A DNA stretch of 64,000 nt, from contig OZ024742.1 in NCBI GenBank assembly GCA_964016885.1, positions 77,686,001 through 77,750,000 of the forward strand. The letters run 5' to 3'. The position numbers and the translations under genes are program-made. Shown here piece by piece: positions 27,041 to 41,185 of this stretch (position 1 is the stretch's first letter; each line of letters opens with the position of its first letter). Source of the DNA: Eledone cirrhosa (lineage: Eukaryota). The notes under the pieces were generated by a model. It did not search any database and was not told the origin of the DNA. It worked only from the letters and a program-made list of their open reading frames with translations.

Positions 27041-27877
27041 TAAGTAACAGACGTACTAAGAGTGGGAAATGAAATTTCGTTTGATTTTTTCCGTATATCG
27101 TTTTCGGTGCACCCGGCCGATTAACCCACTTAATATGCAAATTGGGCTACTCAGCCGTTAATATGCATAAGGTAAGTATATACGTTCAACAATCTGGCAG
27201 GAAGGTATGCGTTGCTAACGATAGCTAATAAGCTTGAAACTAGTACAGCGTTCCTTTGTCAGTGTTGAACAAACGAGCAACGATGGTTGTTAGACACTAC
27301 GGCTTAATGCGGGATGTTTGTTTACAAACACACCGAGCATTATAATAAATGTTCGTTGAATCCATACGTGCATATATATATGTGTGAATGTAAGTATATA
27401 TATACAAGCTACTGTACGTCTGTATACATATATGTATGTACGTGTACATACTTATATTTAAGTAACAGCCGTACTAAGAGTGGGAAATGAAATTTCGTTT
27501 CATTTTTTTCCGTTTATCGTTTTCGGTGCAACCGGCCGATTAACCCCCTTTATATGCAAATTGGTCTACTCGGCCGTTAATATGCATAAGGTAAGTATAT
27601 ACGTTCAACAATCTGGCAGGAAGGTATACGTTGCTGACGATAGCTAATAAGCTTGAAACTAGTACAGCGTTCTTTTGTCAGTTTTGAACAAACGAGCAAG
27701 GATGGTTGCTAGACACTACGGCTTAATACGGGATGTTTGTTTACAAACTCACCGAGCATTATAATAAATGTTCGGTGAATCCATACCTGCACATATATAT
27801 GTGTGTATGTATGTATATATATATATACATACTATTGTATGTCTGTATACATATATGTATGTACGTGTACATACTTA

Positions 27878-27882
<5 letters not shown>
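27041..27882 (+). mobile_element. Tandem dimer of an about 418-bp HHR-containing unit (second retrozyme-like family)
   Basis: Units start at 27041 and 27459 and are about 90% identical. One HHR per unit. Both flanks are TA-rich. Confidence 0.82.
27629..27669 (+). ncRNA. Minimal type I hammerhead ribozyme (sister copy 27210-27250 has CUAACGA, a G5A core mutation)
   Basis: CGUUG-CUGACGA-u AGCU aaua AGCU u-GAA-ACUAGU-A/CAGCG. Stem III is palindromic and the site is GUA. Confidence 0.85.
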
Positions 27883-27942
<60 letters not shown>

Positions 27943-27944
27943 TA

Positions 27945-28401
27945 GTAAAAGGAAAAGAAAATGCTGACAAATTTTTCCCAGTGAAAAATAGTTTAATTAG
28001 GAATAAGTATAAATTAGTAATAAGTATTGGTTAGTATTCAGTTTTAGTTTTAAGTTTTTACCGGTTGCGTATTTCTAATGCTTTTCAAAAATAATCTTGA
28101 GTTAGAGCGCCCGTGATGTTTGCTCTAATCTGATGAGTTTTGGAAATTATTCCTGTGTTATGTGAAAAAATTGGCTCTAGAGCCATTAAGATTTGGTTGG
28201 TTGTTGAAAGTCACGTGAATGAGTACTATAAATTTCGCGCCAATTCGCATTGCAAAAATTCTTGTAGTCAAAACAATTTTGATTGGTCGGTAGAGGTCAC
28301 GTGAATGTTAAAAATTGATTTTGCGCCAAATGTAGGTTTGTCGATGAGTGTCCTTTTTCGCCTGATTGAGAAGTCACTGAGAAATAAGTCTTTTAAAACA
28401 A

Positions 28402-28449
<48 letters not shown>

Positions 28450-28778
28450 TAAAGAGGTTCATTGTTGTGATAATGGTCAGTAGGGATGTGTGTGTGAATT
28501 GCAGTCATGTTGAAAGGTCAACAGTTCAGATGTCTATTAAGACAAATGTGTGTGTGTGTGGGGGGGGGGGTATGTATGTGTCTGTGTAGCAGAGTTGTTC
28601 GTGGTAGAGGGATTCGTTCAGTAGGAATGTGTCTGTACGTGTGTGTGGGATTTTAACATGTTGAAAGATATTTTTCAGCTCTTGTCTTATACGGAGAATT
28701 GTGTGTGTGTGTGTATACGTTTGTTTGTATGTTAGTGTACGCGTGTGTATGTGTGTGTGTATATGTGTGTATGTGTGG

Positions 28779-28858
<80 letters not shown>

Positions 28859-29642
28859 ATGGACCAGTATTTTTGTGAATCTGGTAAAAATGGTGTACAT
28901 TATTCGATATTTTCAGTAATTTGCAAAAACGATTCTCTCAAAAGAACATCAAAAACATTAATAATAAAAGGGGTGAAATGATGCATAGTATTGTCATAAC
29001 ACCAAGGTGTACGTGAGTCTCCAGATTGTACGTACTGGAGGGGGAATCCATTAGGCCCTGCCGTATGGGAATACTTGTGTACAAATATGTATGTGCCCAT
29101 CAGTGTGCAATGCATGTGTGCGTATATGTATGTGTGTGTGTCGGTACGTTATTATCTATAGACATCAAAAGGTATGCAAATTTGTGTATATTTGTTTTGC
29201 ACCATAGAACATGTGTGTTCACGTATGTCATTGTGTGTATATGTGGATAGAAATGTATGTAGGATGTATGCTGATGTAGGTATGTATGTTGACCTGTGTA
29301 TGTTATGGGTTCGTCTTAGGGAGACGTTTTTAGACGGGATCCGTATTTGTTAATAAAGTGAGATTGGGTGTGGGTGGAATTATCTTTAAATTTGTAGAGG
29401 GGAAAGATTCTAAATTTGGGATGAATTTGGGCGGCACAGGTATCAATGTGTTCACTCAATGGTATTTTTCTGTATTCCCGTATTTTAAATTGGGATCTAT
29501 GGACAGTCATGCGTTGGCGGAGGCTGTTTTTAGTCTGGCCTCTGTATTGTTCTCGACAACATGAGCAAGTTAATAGATATTTTAGATTTTCTGATGCGCA
29601 TGTGAAGTTGTGTTTTACTATAAAACGTTGTACTTCTTTGAA
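27945..29642 (-). mobile_element. 3' fragment of a Neptune-like PLE: GIY-YIG domain (29316-29642) plus a probable long CA-rich 3' UTR
   Basis: Minus-strand translation FIVKHNFTCASENLKYLLTCSCCREQYRGQTKNSLRQRMTVHRSQF...IPLSEHIDTC. The left boundary is uncertain. Confidence 0.75.
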
Positions 29643-29647
29643 ATATA

Positions 29648-29767
<120 letters not shown>

Positions 29768-30029
29768 GAATTTTCAGTAGCTGGAATCCAGTCCTCGATA
29801 GCTGTTCCATTTACCGAATTATTATTATTTTTATATGAGCCCCCAGTGTCCGCGCATCGCCTGGAGACTCGGCTGAGAATGACCTCCCTGATGACGCAAT
29901 GAAATTCTCAACAGTTCATTACGTAACTGTCTTTATCCCGTTGCAGAAACTAATTAGTTGGAGTGAAAATTTAAGTAAGTAAGTTAATTTTTTTTTTAAA
30001 TCTTTTTTAAATAATTTTCTTATTTTACG

Positions 30030-30086
<57 letters not shown>

Positions 30087-30257
30087 CAATATCGGAGAAA
30101 GCTTTTTAGCGATACTCCGGCCAAATTCCAACTCACTCAACAAACATTAGGAAATAAGTGATTATATTCCCAATTATGTGTTCGGGGTGCTAACTAAAAG
30201 TATTGCGTGGAAAATTGGCTGTATTATTTCAAATGAGACATATCTAATATATCTCTT

Positions 30258-30384
30258 CCCAGACGGACGTCTCGTTTCATTATAGGATTCCTACAATTTG
30301 GGTGAAATTATACCAATTTATGTAGGAGCTTGTATACAATCAATAGATATATATTCAAGTGGGCTCCTATAATTCATCAGTGGG
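30258..30384 (-). ncRNA. Type I hammerhead ribozyme with branched, about 95-nt stem II
   Basis: CCCA-CUGAUGA-AUUAUAGGA...UCCUAUAAU-GAA-ACG agacguc CGU-C/UGGG, with two internal hairpins in stem II. Confidence 0.72.
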
Positions 30385-30974
30385 TGCCCCAATAATACTA
30401 ATATCGATAATCTAACCAACATCACCATTTAGCGATAATCATTTCTGTGCCTGAGGTATCTGTCAGGTTGCCAGTCCAGCAGTTCTGAAAGAAGTGCTCA
30501 AACGGATTCAAAAAATGAGGAAGTGAATTACCGACAAAAAAAAACAATACATGCGCGTGACAATGAACTCTGAAAGGAATTCAGGCCACGTGCTATGAAC
30601 TGAATTGGAAATTCAAAAAATATCTATGTGTGTACAACATTTGATGACACACACAGATATTTTCTCGGGCAAAATAACAGAATGAGATATAAGGAACAAT
30701 CAACATTCATATATAAAAAATAAACAAAGAAATGCTAACCTTATACCGGGAATTTTTTTCGAATATATGTATATATTTATATACATATATATATATATAT
30801 TTATATACATATATATATTTATATATATATATATATATATTTATATATTTATATATATATATATTTATATTTATATATATATATATTTATATATTTATAT
30901 ATATATATATTTATATTTATATATATTTATATATATATATTTATATATATATATATTTATATATATATATTTAA

Positions 30975-31045
30975 ATACGGAAAAAATGAAACGAAATTTC
31001 ATCTCTCACTCTTAGTACGGCTCTTACTTAAATATAAGTATGTAT
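30975..31045 (-). repeat. Inverted fragment of the 418-bp unit junction
   Basis: Reverse complement of about 27443-27512. Confidence 0.8.
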
Positions 31046-31142
31046 ACTTAATAGCTAAAGATGTTGGCGAAACCTACCAAATTATAGATCTAGTCCTTAT
31101 TTTTCCCCCAGAGCTATTCCTATACATATACATATACACACA

Positions 31143-31288
<146 letters not shown>

Positions 31289-31904
31289 CATATATATATA
31301 TATACATATATATACATATATATATATATATACATATATATATACATAGACTCACTCACACACACACACATATATATATATATACACACACACATATATA
31401 TGTATAAGTACATATATGTATATATATATATGTAAGTATATACATATACATATATATATAAGTATATATATGTATATATATATATGTATATATATATATA
31501 TAAGTATATATATATACTTACATATATAAGTATATATATATATATATGCATATATATAAGTATATATATATATATGCATATATATATATATATATGCATA
31601 TATATATATATATATATATAGATATATATATATATATATATATATATGCATATATACATATAAACTTATAGATACATACATATATATATATATATACATA
31701 CACACACACATATTTATATATATATATATACATATATATATACATATATACTTATATGTATATATATATACATACACACACATATATTTATATATATATA
31801 TATACATATATATATACATATATACTTATATGTATATGTATATACATATATATATACATACACACACACATATTTATATATATATATACATACATATATA
31901 CATA

Positions 31905-31998
<94 letters not shown>

Positions 31999-32006
31999 TA
32001 CTTACA

Positions 32007-32040
<34 letters not shown>

Positions 32041-32171
32041 CATACACACACACACACATATATATATTAGAAATTAGAAATTATAAGCTTTCACCGTATT
32101 TGAGACTAAAGAAATTTCTAGCCTGACAGTGGGGTTTATAACCTTCGTAGAAATGGGAAAAAGATGAGTCT

Positions 32172-32243
32172 TGCCGGACATGGGAGTCGAACCCATATCT
32201 TTGGTTATCCAGACCACTGTGCTACCATTACACTAATACACAT
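32172..32243 (-). repeat. tRNA-like sequence (SINE head or tRNA pseudogene)
   Basis: A box TAGTGTAATGG and B box GGTTCGACTCC. The D, anticodon and T arms pair but the acceptor stem does not. Confidence 0.65.
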
Positions 32244-35200
32244 CCCATCTCCTTCCATTCGAATTAGAAGCTATGAACTTAGCAAGTGAATGGTAAACAA
32301 GCAAATTATAAACGTAAACATGAAAGTATGTTTTTGAAACGGTGCGCGAGTTTGAAATTAGAAATTAGAAATTATAAGCTTTCACCGTATTTTAGTTCAT
32401 ATTACATTACACTATTTACTTTCCTTTCTCATCTAGCACTAGCTACTTAATCAGACGGAACGAACAGATTATTTCGTTTGCTTCCTTTCTCCCTTGAGCA
32501 TTGGATCACTTCACCCGCTTCAACATAAATATTGTTTGAGAACCCTGTACTGTAACGCGTACTGACTCGAACGATGAAACTTTCTAAATATAATTTCTGC
32601 TGGTACTAACTTTGTTTTATTTTCTCAGCGTTGTATGATCTAAACTTTTGATAATTTTCAAATGTAGTGCTTATTCAACGAGTTGAACACTTTGCCCGAC
32701 TGAGGTTCTTGTGATAAAACGTGATATAGCATAAGTTCTCTTGTGTGTTTTGGATTGGCTTTACCTTTTTCACAGAGAATCTTTTAATCTCAGTACAAAT
32801 TATTAAATATCTGAATTACAACACTGAATTACAACACTGAATTACAACGATTTTGTAAAATGAATCAGATATACAGCACTATAGTGATCACGAGATGTCC
32901 AACAAAATTAGATTCAAAATAGCTAAACAACCAAGTCTAAATATATCGTTAGGTCTTCTTCAAAAAGCGCAGATGACCATGGTTATAAATACAAATTTTA
33001 AAACCTTAACATTTGAAATAGTTTTAAAGATATAATCTGTTCAGCATTCATAGAATATCTTCATGTGATCAGATAAGACGACTAATCTGTAATAAACTGA
33101 TTACAATACACAGAAGAGTTTTTAATCTCATAGAGTAACCAACACTGAGTGGAAATCCTGCAACTACACTCATCTACAAAAACTCCGAAGTCTAAGGAAT
33201 AATAAATTTACATATAGAAGTCTGAGTTGAATCACTGGTTTCACGCATGCATACTTTTATTCAAGGATCAGAAACTCAACGTCGTGAATAATTTCTCCAA
33301 TAAAAACTGAAATAGGAATAATTATTGGGGAAGTCTTTGGCTAGTTAATACGTAAAATTAGATGAAAGTTAGTCGTAGTATTGATCAATAGTGTAAAGAA
33401 AAAGATACCGCCCGATACATTTTAATACTATTGATCCTTACATTTCTATTAAGAAAAATTATTTATTAAACCATTAATCTTTTCCAAATCTGGATGAAGA
33501 GAAAATGTATAATTTATGTCTCGCCTATTCTAATCTTGAGTAGCCTTTTATATATTACACGTAAAATATTTCGTTTTAAATTATTAGCCATACATATTTC
33601 CAAACTACAATGCATTTAGAAAATACTTCATCAAAAATTGTATCGTAGCCATCTACGATTTTACCCACACTTTAGCTAACATTAACTGTAAAACCTGCGT
33701 TTTGAACAAAACTGCAGGATATAATTTTATTAATTCAAATATATGCCGTTTAATTGGAAATTTGTAGAGATATATTTATGTACAGGCATTTCTCGCCAAT
33801 CTATCAACAAAAATCATTCAACTGTTCAAAATTATATATCTAATAGCCATTCGTGGTGGCATATGGTGCAATCTTGAATATACCTTCAATATTCCATGAA
33901 TATACCTTCAATATTCCAGCCAATAATTCGAATAAAACTTTGCTCAATAAGTTTGATATTTATGATTCAAAAACGCAGTAGCATTTACGGTGTTGATTAA
34001 CAAACAAGCAAAAGGTCTATGCTGAAAATAAATATTCTCAAAAGCGAATCAGAATTAGTTTTGTTTTGACGACACAACTGGTGGTTCTTTTTAGAAATAT
34101 AAAGTATCGGATAAATAGATTTCTAATGAAAATTCCTGCGTTTTATCAATGACGAGATCTGTTTGATTTAATTCTCCCCCGTGTATATAAACACTTGTTG
34201 TTTTCAATTTTAGAACGACGAAGCTAAATATTTTCTGACGTGTAGTAACATTGTTGGATGTTATAAACAAACCTCATCCTTATTACCATTACCACTATCA
34301 CATGACCAAAATGTATTACTATTGGTACGAATGCTGGATAATTTTGGCAATAAAATGTATCTGTTCCCTTAGGTCATTCATTTAACTGCATTCATGTTTC
34401 ATGAACTAAACTAAATTCGGAAACATTTAGTCTTAGAGTAATTTAAGAAAACTATTGAAAATGGGAGATTGCAACTGGCTCGAACAACCATAATCACACA
34501 GAATACATTATATATTCTGGTTTTCTATCCTTCGTGTTTAACATAATTTAGCACTATGCTATGAATAAATCAATATGAAAAATTAAATGAAAAGGTGAAT
34601 ATAAACAATAGAATTGCATTTCGATGATTCCGCTTCAATTCTGAAATTATTATAAATATACATAATATCAGATGGCATAATGTAAAATACAATGCGGAAA
34701 AATCAATATTTATTTGTGGAGCATGAACTTGTATTACAATTTAAGTTCCGAAATATCTATTTTACCAAATATGCGTTAATTAAATATATGTCCTCTGCGA
34801 TAAATTCAACTCCAGCGAAACAATAATATGCCATTTACCCACAATATATGTTTATTTTATTTATCATTGTGTAATATTAGTTTCCCTTTCCACAAAACAC
34901 AAGTAATTTATCTATTGATAATTAAAAAAAATTTGAAAAGATATTAATTGCGCAATTCAAATGGAAATAGTTTTTACAAAACGGTTATTGTTATAGGGAA
35001 TTTTAGGAAGGAATTTGCAAGATGTAGAAGGCACCTTTGAATGTTTACCTTGAACTCTCATATTGAGTCATAACAATAATCGTTTAAAGCGACTGGAATA
35101 GGATTAAGAAGAAGCAATCATCTATAGACGCCGGCCATTACTTAATTACGTCCCTTAGGTCTAGAGTCAAATGTTATTTGACGTTTGATTAATCTTTCAT

Positions 35201-35711
35201 AATTCCGGCGTTACTAAATATGATATCAATTTATGGTTAGAGTTAATTAACATTCTTCAATAGAAGAAACATTTGGTTACACCTGAAAAAGCAATCGATA
35301 TTAAAAATAAATAAAATACCAAATTATTTAACTAATAATTTCATGATGATGATTATAGATAGGTAACTTCAGATATAATGTAAAATAATATTTGCAATTT
35401 TCAGCTCAGTTTGTTTCAGAGAGATATTTCTGCCGATGGGTGTTTTCTAAGGTATAAAATAGATTCATATATTTAAAAGCTTGAATTATTACTTTATATT
35501 CCTATAGGTGCTGCAAGAACTATCATGCATTACAATTGAGAGATGCAACCAGAGACATACAAACATACATATATGTGTGTGGGTTTACATATGTATAATA
35601 TCATGCATTACAATTGATAGATGCAAACACACACATACAGACGTGTGTGTGTTTATATATGTATAAAGAGAAAAAGGAAGAAAGAAATGTAGTGTGGAAT
35701 ATAAGTATATA

Positions 35712-35752
<41 letters not shown>

Positions 35753-35801
35753 ATATATATATATATACATGTATATATATATATGTGTATATATGTATAT
35801 A

Positions 35802-35854
<53 letters not shown>

Positions 35855-36504
35855 GGTGGCTGCCAACTCGTTTTCGAGTACGGCCACTACTTTATATCCT
35901 TGTAGGAGAACCCCTACCGATGCGCTGAACAAGTGTGACTTTTTAGTCCAGCCAGCGACTTGAAAACTCTGGTACAAGCACTACACTTGTGACAATTATT
36001 GACACATAGTGCTGGGCCCATGGTACCTTGTGACGACAAGTGCAGAGAGATCTCCAGATATAAAGAAATGCCTGTGCTGTGAAGCTTTTATAGTGAGCAA
36101 AGGCACTGCACAAAGCCAGTCCCACTCTCTTAACCAAGATGATATTTACCAAAAAGAAGAACAAGTCAACATCATTGGTTACCATCAGAGTTGCAGGTGT
36201 TATATCAGAGTTTTCCTTCTCCTAGAATTCTGCCTTGACAAAGGCTAAAGGGTCATCTCTCCCGGTGATTTTGGATGGACATTGACTCTTAAGAGCTCCT
36301 TTGCCCTTTGACAGGTTTTGTTTTTAGTCCTGCAGGATGTCCAAAGTCACCGTCCTCACCAAGAAACGTTGGTGGGGTTGCCGGTTTAGTCGCCAACGAC
36401 CCGACCATGAGACAGGTATGTATGTATATATATATATATATATATGTGTGTGTATATATATATATATATATATGTAAATATATATATATCTGTGTATATA
36501 TATA

Positions 36505-36565
<61 letters not shown>

Positions 36566-36614
36566 CTATATATCTATATATATATGTATATATGTATATA
36601 CATATATGTATATA

Positions 36615-36701
<87 letters not shown>

Positions 36702-36718
36702 ATACATATATGTATATA

Positions 36719-36759
<41 letters not shown>

Positions 36760-37001
36760 GTACATATATATATATATATATGTATATAAGTATATATATA
36801 TATGTACATATATATATAGAATATGTTCATATATATACATATGTATATATATATACATATATATACATATATATATGTATATATATTTATACACATATAT
36901 ATATATATACACTTATATATGTGTGTGTGCGCATGTGCGTATGTCGTGGGGTGCATACATCTACGCAGACACACACACACACACACATATATCACTACAT
37001 A

Positions 37002-37070
<69 letters not shown>

Positions 37071-37338
37071 TGCGCGCGTGAGGATTATTAAATAAACATG
37101 TTATGATATTATTAAGAATATGTAAAAACCTTCATTTATAATAAAATTTAAAACATGTTAACACAATTTTCGCTAGTTCTAGCGTGCCGTTTTGCATGAC
37201 TGACTACGTACAATATTTGAATAATAGAGATTGATAAGCATTCAGAATTACACTTGGATACATACACGTGCACATTAACACAATGCCATGTTTTCCAGAG
37301 GGATATGAATATTAATATGCATGTATGAATACAGAAAA

Positions 37339-37376
<38 letters not shown>

Positions 37377-37440
37377 GTATATATATATAAATACATATGT
37401 ATGTATGTATATATATATATATAAATATATATATATGTAT

Positions 37441-37471
<31 letters not shown>

Positions 37472-37829
37472 CACACACATATATATATATATACATAGAT
37501 ATATATAAATATATATATGTATATATATATATATATTTATATACACATATATATATATATACACATAGATATATATAAATAAATATATATATATATATAT
37601 ACACACATATATATATAAATATATATATATATATACACATATATATATACACATAGATATATATAAATAAATATATATATACACACATATATATATAAAA
37701 ATATATATATATATATATTTTGATGAACATTTACATGTTATAGTTGCAATTGACTAATAAGATACTGCTCAGAAGCAATTCCTAGAGCTGAAATGATTGT
37801 AAATGACCTCTCTGAGTCTAAACTCTAAG

Positions 37830-37901
<72 letters not shown>

Positions 37902-38072
37902 ATATATACATGTATGTATATATATATACATGTATATATATATATATACATGTATATATATATACATGCATGTATATATACATTTATGTATATATATATA
38001 TACATGTATGTATATATATATACATGTATATATATATATATATACATACATGTATATATATATATATAAATG

Positions 38073-38137
<65 letters not shown>

Positions 38138-38297
38138 ATATATATATACATGTATGTATATATATATACATGTATGTATATATATATACATGTATATATA
38201 TATATATATACATGTAAGCATATATATATGTATGTATATATATATGTGTGTATATATATATACATGTATATATATATATACATGTATATATATATAT

Positions 38298-38394
<97 letters not shown>

Positions 38395-38404
38395 TGTATA
38401 TACA

Positions 38405-39170
38405 ACGGCGATGAATTAGTTTTGCGAGGTTTTTGATATGAAATCGTGTGTCGAAACAAATATCGTTATACTTGGGGATGGTCAGATTTGTGTAATATTG
38501 GCAGAATTAATAACAAAACACACTCACTGTTTGGTTAGTTTTCGCTTTTCGCTTCTGTGCCTTTTATATCGGTAATTTAATTAATTCGGTCCTCAATGTT
38601 GCCATTGACTGACCAACGGTCAAAAATAACACAGATACAATATAGACACAAACACATATATATAGTTTATCAAAGTTCTTTCGTTGCACATCTGCAACTC
38701 GTCAGTGGTGCTATTGTTTCCTCCCGTTGCATTGTATTTTCTACGCAATATTTATTTAGTCTGTTTCTATATTTATTTGTTTATTTTATTTTGTCTTCTT
38801 TGCGCATGCGTTTGCGTGTGTGTATAGTGGTTTGTTTGATGTGTGTTCGTGATTGGGTGACTGTGTATTGGTTAATGTATTCTATCTTTACTAGTGTGTG
38901 TTTATATATGTTTGTTGTTATCGTGCTTGTGTATGTATCTATTTATTTATTTATCTATTTATTTATTTATACTTCTCTTAGGTCAGTGTTGTTTGTTTGG
39001 GTGTTGTTGTTATTCCATTCATTCTTTCTGTTTAGCCTTGGCCTTCTAAGTTTTATTTCACTGACCTCTCTGATTTGCCTATCTGGTGGGTCATTTCTAT
39101 GTTTAGATATTATTCTAATTTCTATATTGTCTATGTTACCGTCGTGTTGTTGTCTGGCATGTTCGTATAG
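38405..39170 (+). repeat. Dispersed GT-rich repeat, probably PLE pseudo-LTR-derived, between TACATG-punctuated (TA)n arrays
   Basis: Shares two segments with 23711-23958. Has a GTCGAAAC motif at about 38450 without an intact upstream core. Confidence 0.5.
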
Positions 39171-39179
39171 TATATATAT

Positions 39180-39239
<60 letters not shown>

Positions 39240-39524
39240 ATGCATGTATATATATATATACATGTATGTATATATATATGTATATATATATACATGTATG
39301 TATATATATATATACATGTATGTATATATATATATATACATATATGTATATATATATATACATATATGTATATATATATATATACATACATGTATATATA
39401 TATATACATGTATGTATATATATATATATACATATATGTATATATATATGCATATTTGTATATATATATATATATACATGTATGTATATATATATATAAT
39501 TATATATATATATATATACACATG

Positions 39525-39573
<49 letters not shown>

Positions 39574-39630
39574 ATATATATATATACATGTATGTATATA
39601 TATATATACATGTATGTATATATATATATG

Positions 39631-39664
<34 letters not shown>

Positions 39665-39754
39665 TATACTCAAACCCTATTATATTATATAATATATAAT
39701 AGATAGTTGGCCAGTAAAAACGTCTATTACCGGTCGTGTTTTCAGATGTAAATA

Positions 39755-39870
39755 AATAATTGTTTCTACTTTTGGCACAAGGCCAGCAATTACAGTACTT
39801 TATTTTATCGACCCCGTAAGGATGAAAGGCAAAGTTAACCTCGACGGGATTTGAACTCAGATCGTAATGT
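39755..39870 (-). mobile_element. tRNA-derived SINE with Deu/Nin-like central domain (internally deleted)
   Basis: Reverse complement of the copy at 41.0 kb. B box GAGTTCAAATCCC followed by TTTGCCTTTCATCCTTACGGGGTCGATAAAATAAGTAC. Confidence 0.8.
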
Positions 39871-40334
39871 ACCGTAACTCTATGCTGCACATCATGGTGC
39901 CAGACGCACTACCGATATTGACAATACAACGGCCATTGAACAGATATTACACTTTGATCTAATACTAATAATTTCTGAGGAATATCAAAGTACAAATAAA
40001 GGATCAGAGATGCAGAAACAACATTGAGAGCAGAAACGTCTGTAAGATAAAATTTTGCAATATAACCAACAACAATAAATATTGCAAAAGTAACATTTTC
40101 AAGAAGGAAAACCACATCAGTAAAACACCAACTTTCATGAAGATCTGTGTGTTGTTCGTAAACAAACTATTGGCTGATACCATCAATTTGCTTCAAGCTT
40201 AATCGATAAATATGTACAGAAATATTTCGTTCATTTTGCTTTGGGATATATATTTCGTACTTTTTCTCCACACAGTGAAGTTCAATTATTCACACCACAC
40301 ACACATGCATACACACACACACACACGCAACTGT

Positions 40335-40392
<58 letters not shown>

Positions 40393-40984
40393 ACACACAC
40401 ACACACACACACACATTTATATATATATATACACATATATATATATAACATAATGACAGTAGATGTGTAGGTTTCTGTGTGTTTGTGTCAGTGTCTGTAT
40501 TAAAAGCGCACATTTTTTTTGCACGCATTATAAGTTGTCACTGTCTGGAGAAGTATTTATTTATTAAAATATCTACATAACTATTTTTTTTCAAAACGTG
40601 TGCATATTGCTTTGCCTTTGTGTTTTATGTATTATGTATCTACCTATTACGTTATTTAGTTGATTTCTAAATATTTTCGATCCGGGCAGATTTTTATATA
40701 ACAGAACTCGGCACATCGGTTCCCTGTACTGTTGACCCCAGTTGAAACATTAGTAACTGCTGAATGGTTCAACCTAGCACAGGTCAATTGCCCCACGAAT
40801 CCGGGATGACCATTAAGACAGACGTTATCTGCAAATTATAACCGTTTGATTGGAATAAACTTAGTCTAATTATTGCGAAATGTATAATTATGAAACAGAT
40901 TCTCTCCAGTACAAATGAAAATCAAATGGTCCAAACAAAATGGCGCTGTTAAAATTTTGTCTGATCATTCAGGTTGTATTATCG

Positions 40985-41185
40985 ATAGAGGGTCGGACGC
41001 CATGCTTTGCAGCATAAAGTTACGACCCTTTATGATCTGAGTTCAAATCCCGCCGAGTTTAACTTTGCCTTTCATCCTTACGAGGTCGGTTAAATAAAGT
41101 ACCGGTCACGCACTGGGATCGATTGAATTGACTTTCCCCTCCTCCTAAATTGCTGGCCTTGTGGCTATATAAGAAACCATTATTT
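40985..41185 (+). mobile_element. tRNA-derived SINE with Deu/Nin-like central domain
   Basis: GAGTTCAAATCCCGCCGAG...GCCTTTCATCCTTACGAGGTCG...AAAGTACC...TTGCTGGCCTTGTG...AGAAACCATTATT. Confidence 0.8.

Noticed and set aside
28088-28152. Type III HHR-like arrangement (AATAATC...CTGATGA GTTTTG GAAATTATT)
   Set aside because: There is no stem II pairing, four extra bases follow the cleavage triplet, and it is antisense to the host element.
29870-29915. CTGATGA...GAAA inside a TGAGAAT/ATTCTCA hairpin (HHR- or SECIS-like)
   Set aside because: Stems I and II do not pair, position 17 would be G, and there is no SECIS helix II.
32172-32243. Functional tRNA gene
   Set aside because: The acceptor stem does not pair.
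35855-36418. GC-richer island between TA tracts, possible retroelement 5' end or HDV-like ribozyme
   Set aside because: I found no recognisable protein motif or complete fold. It remains unclassified.
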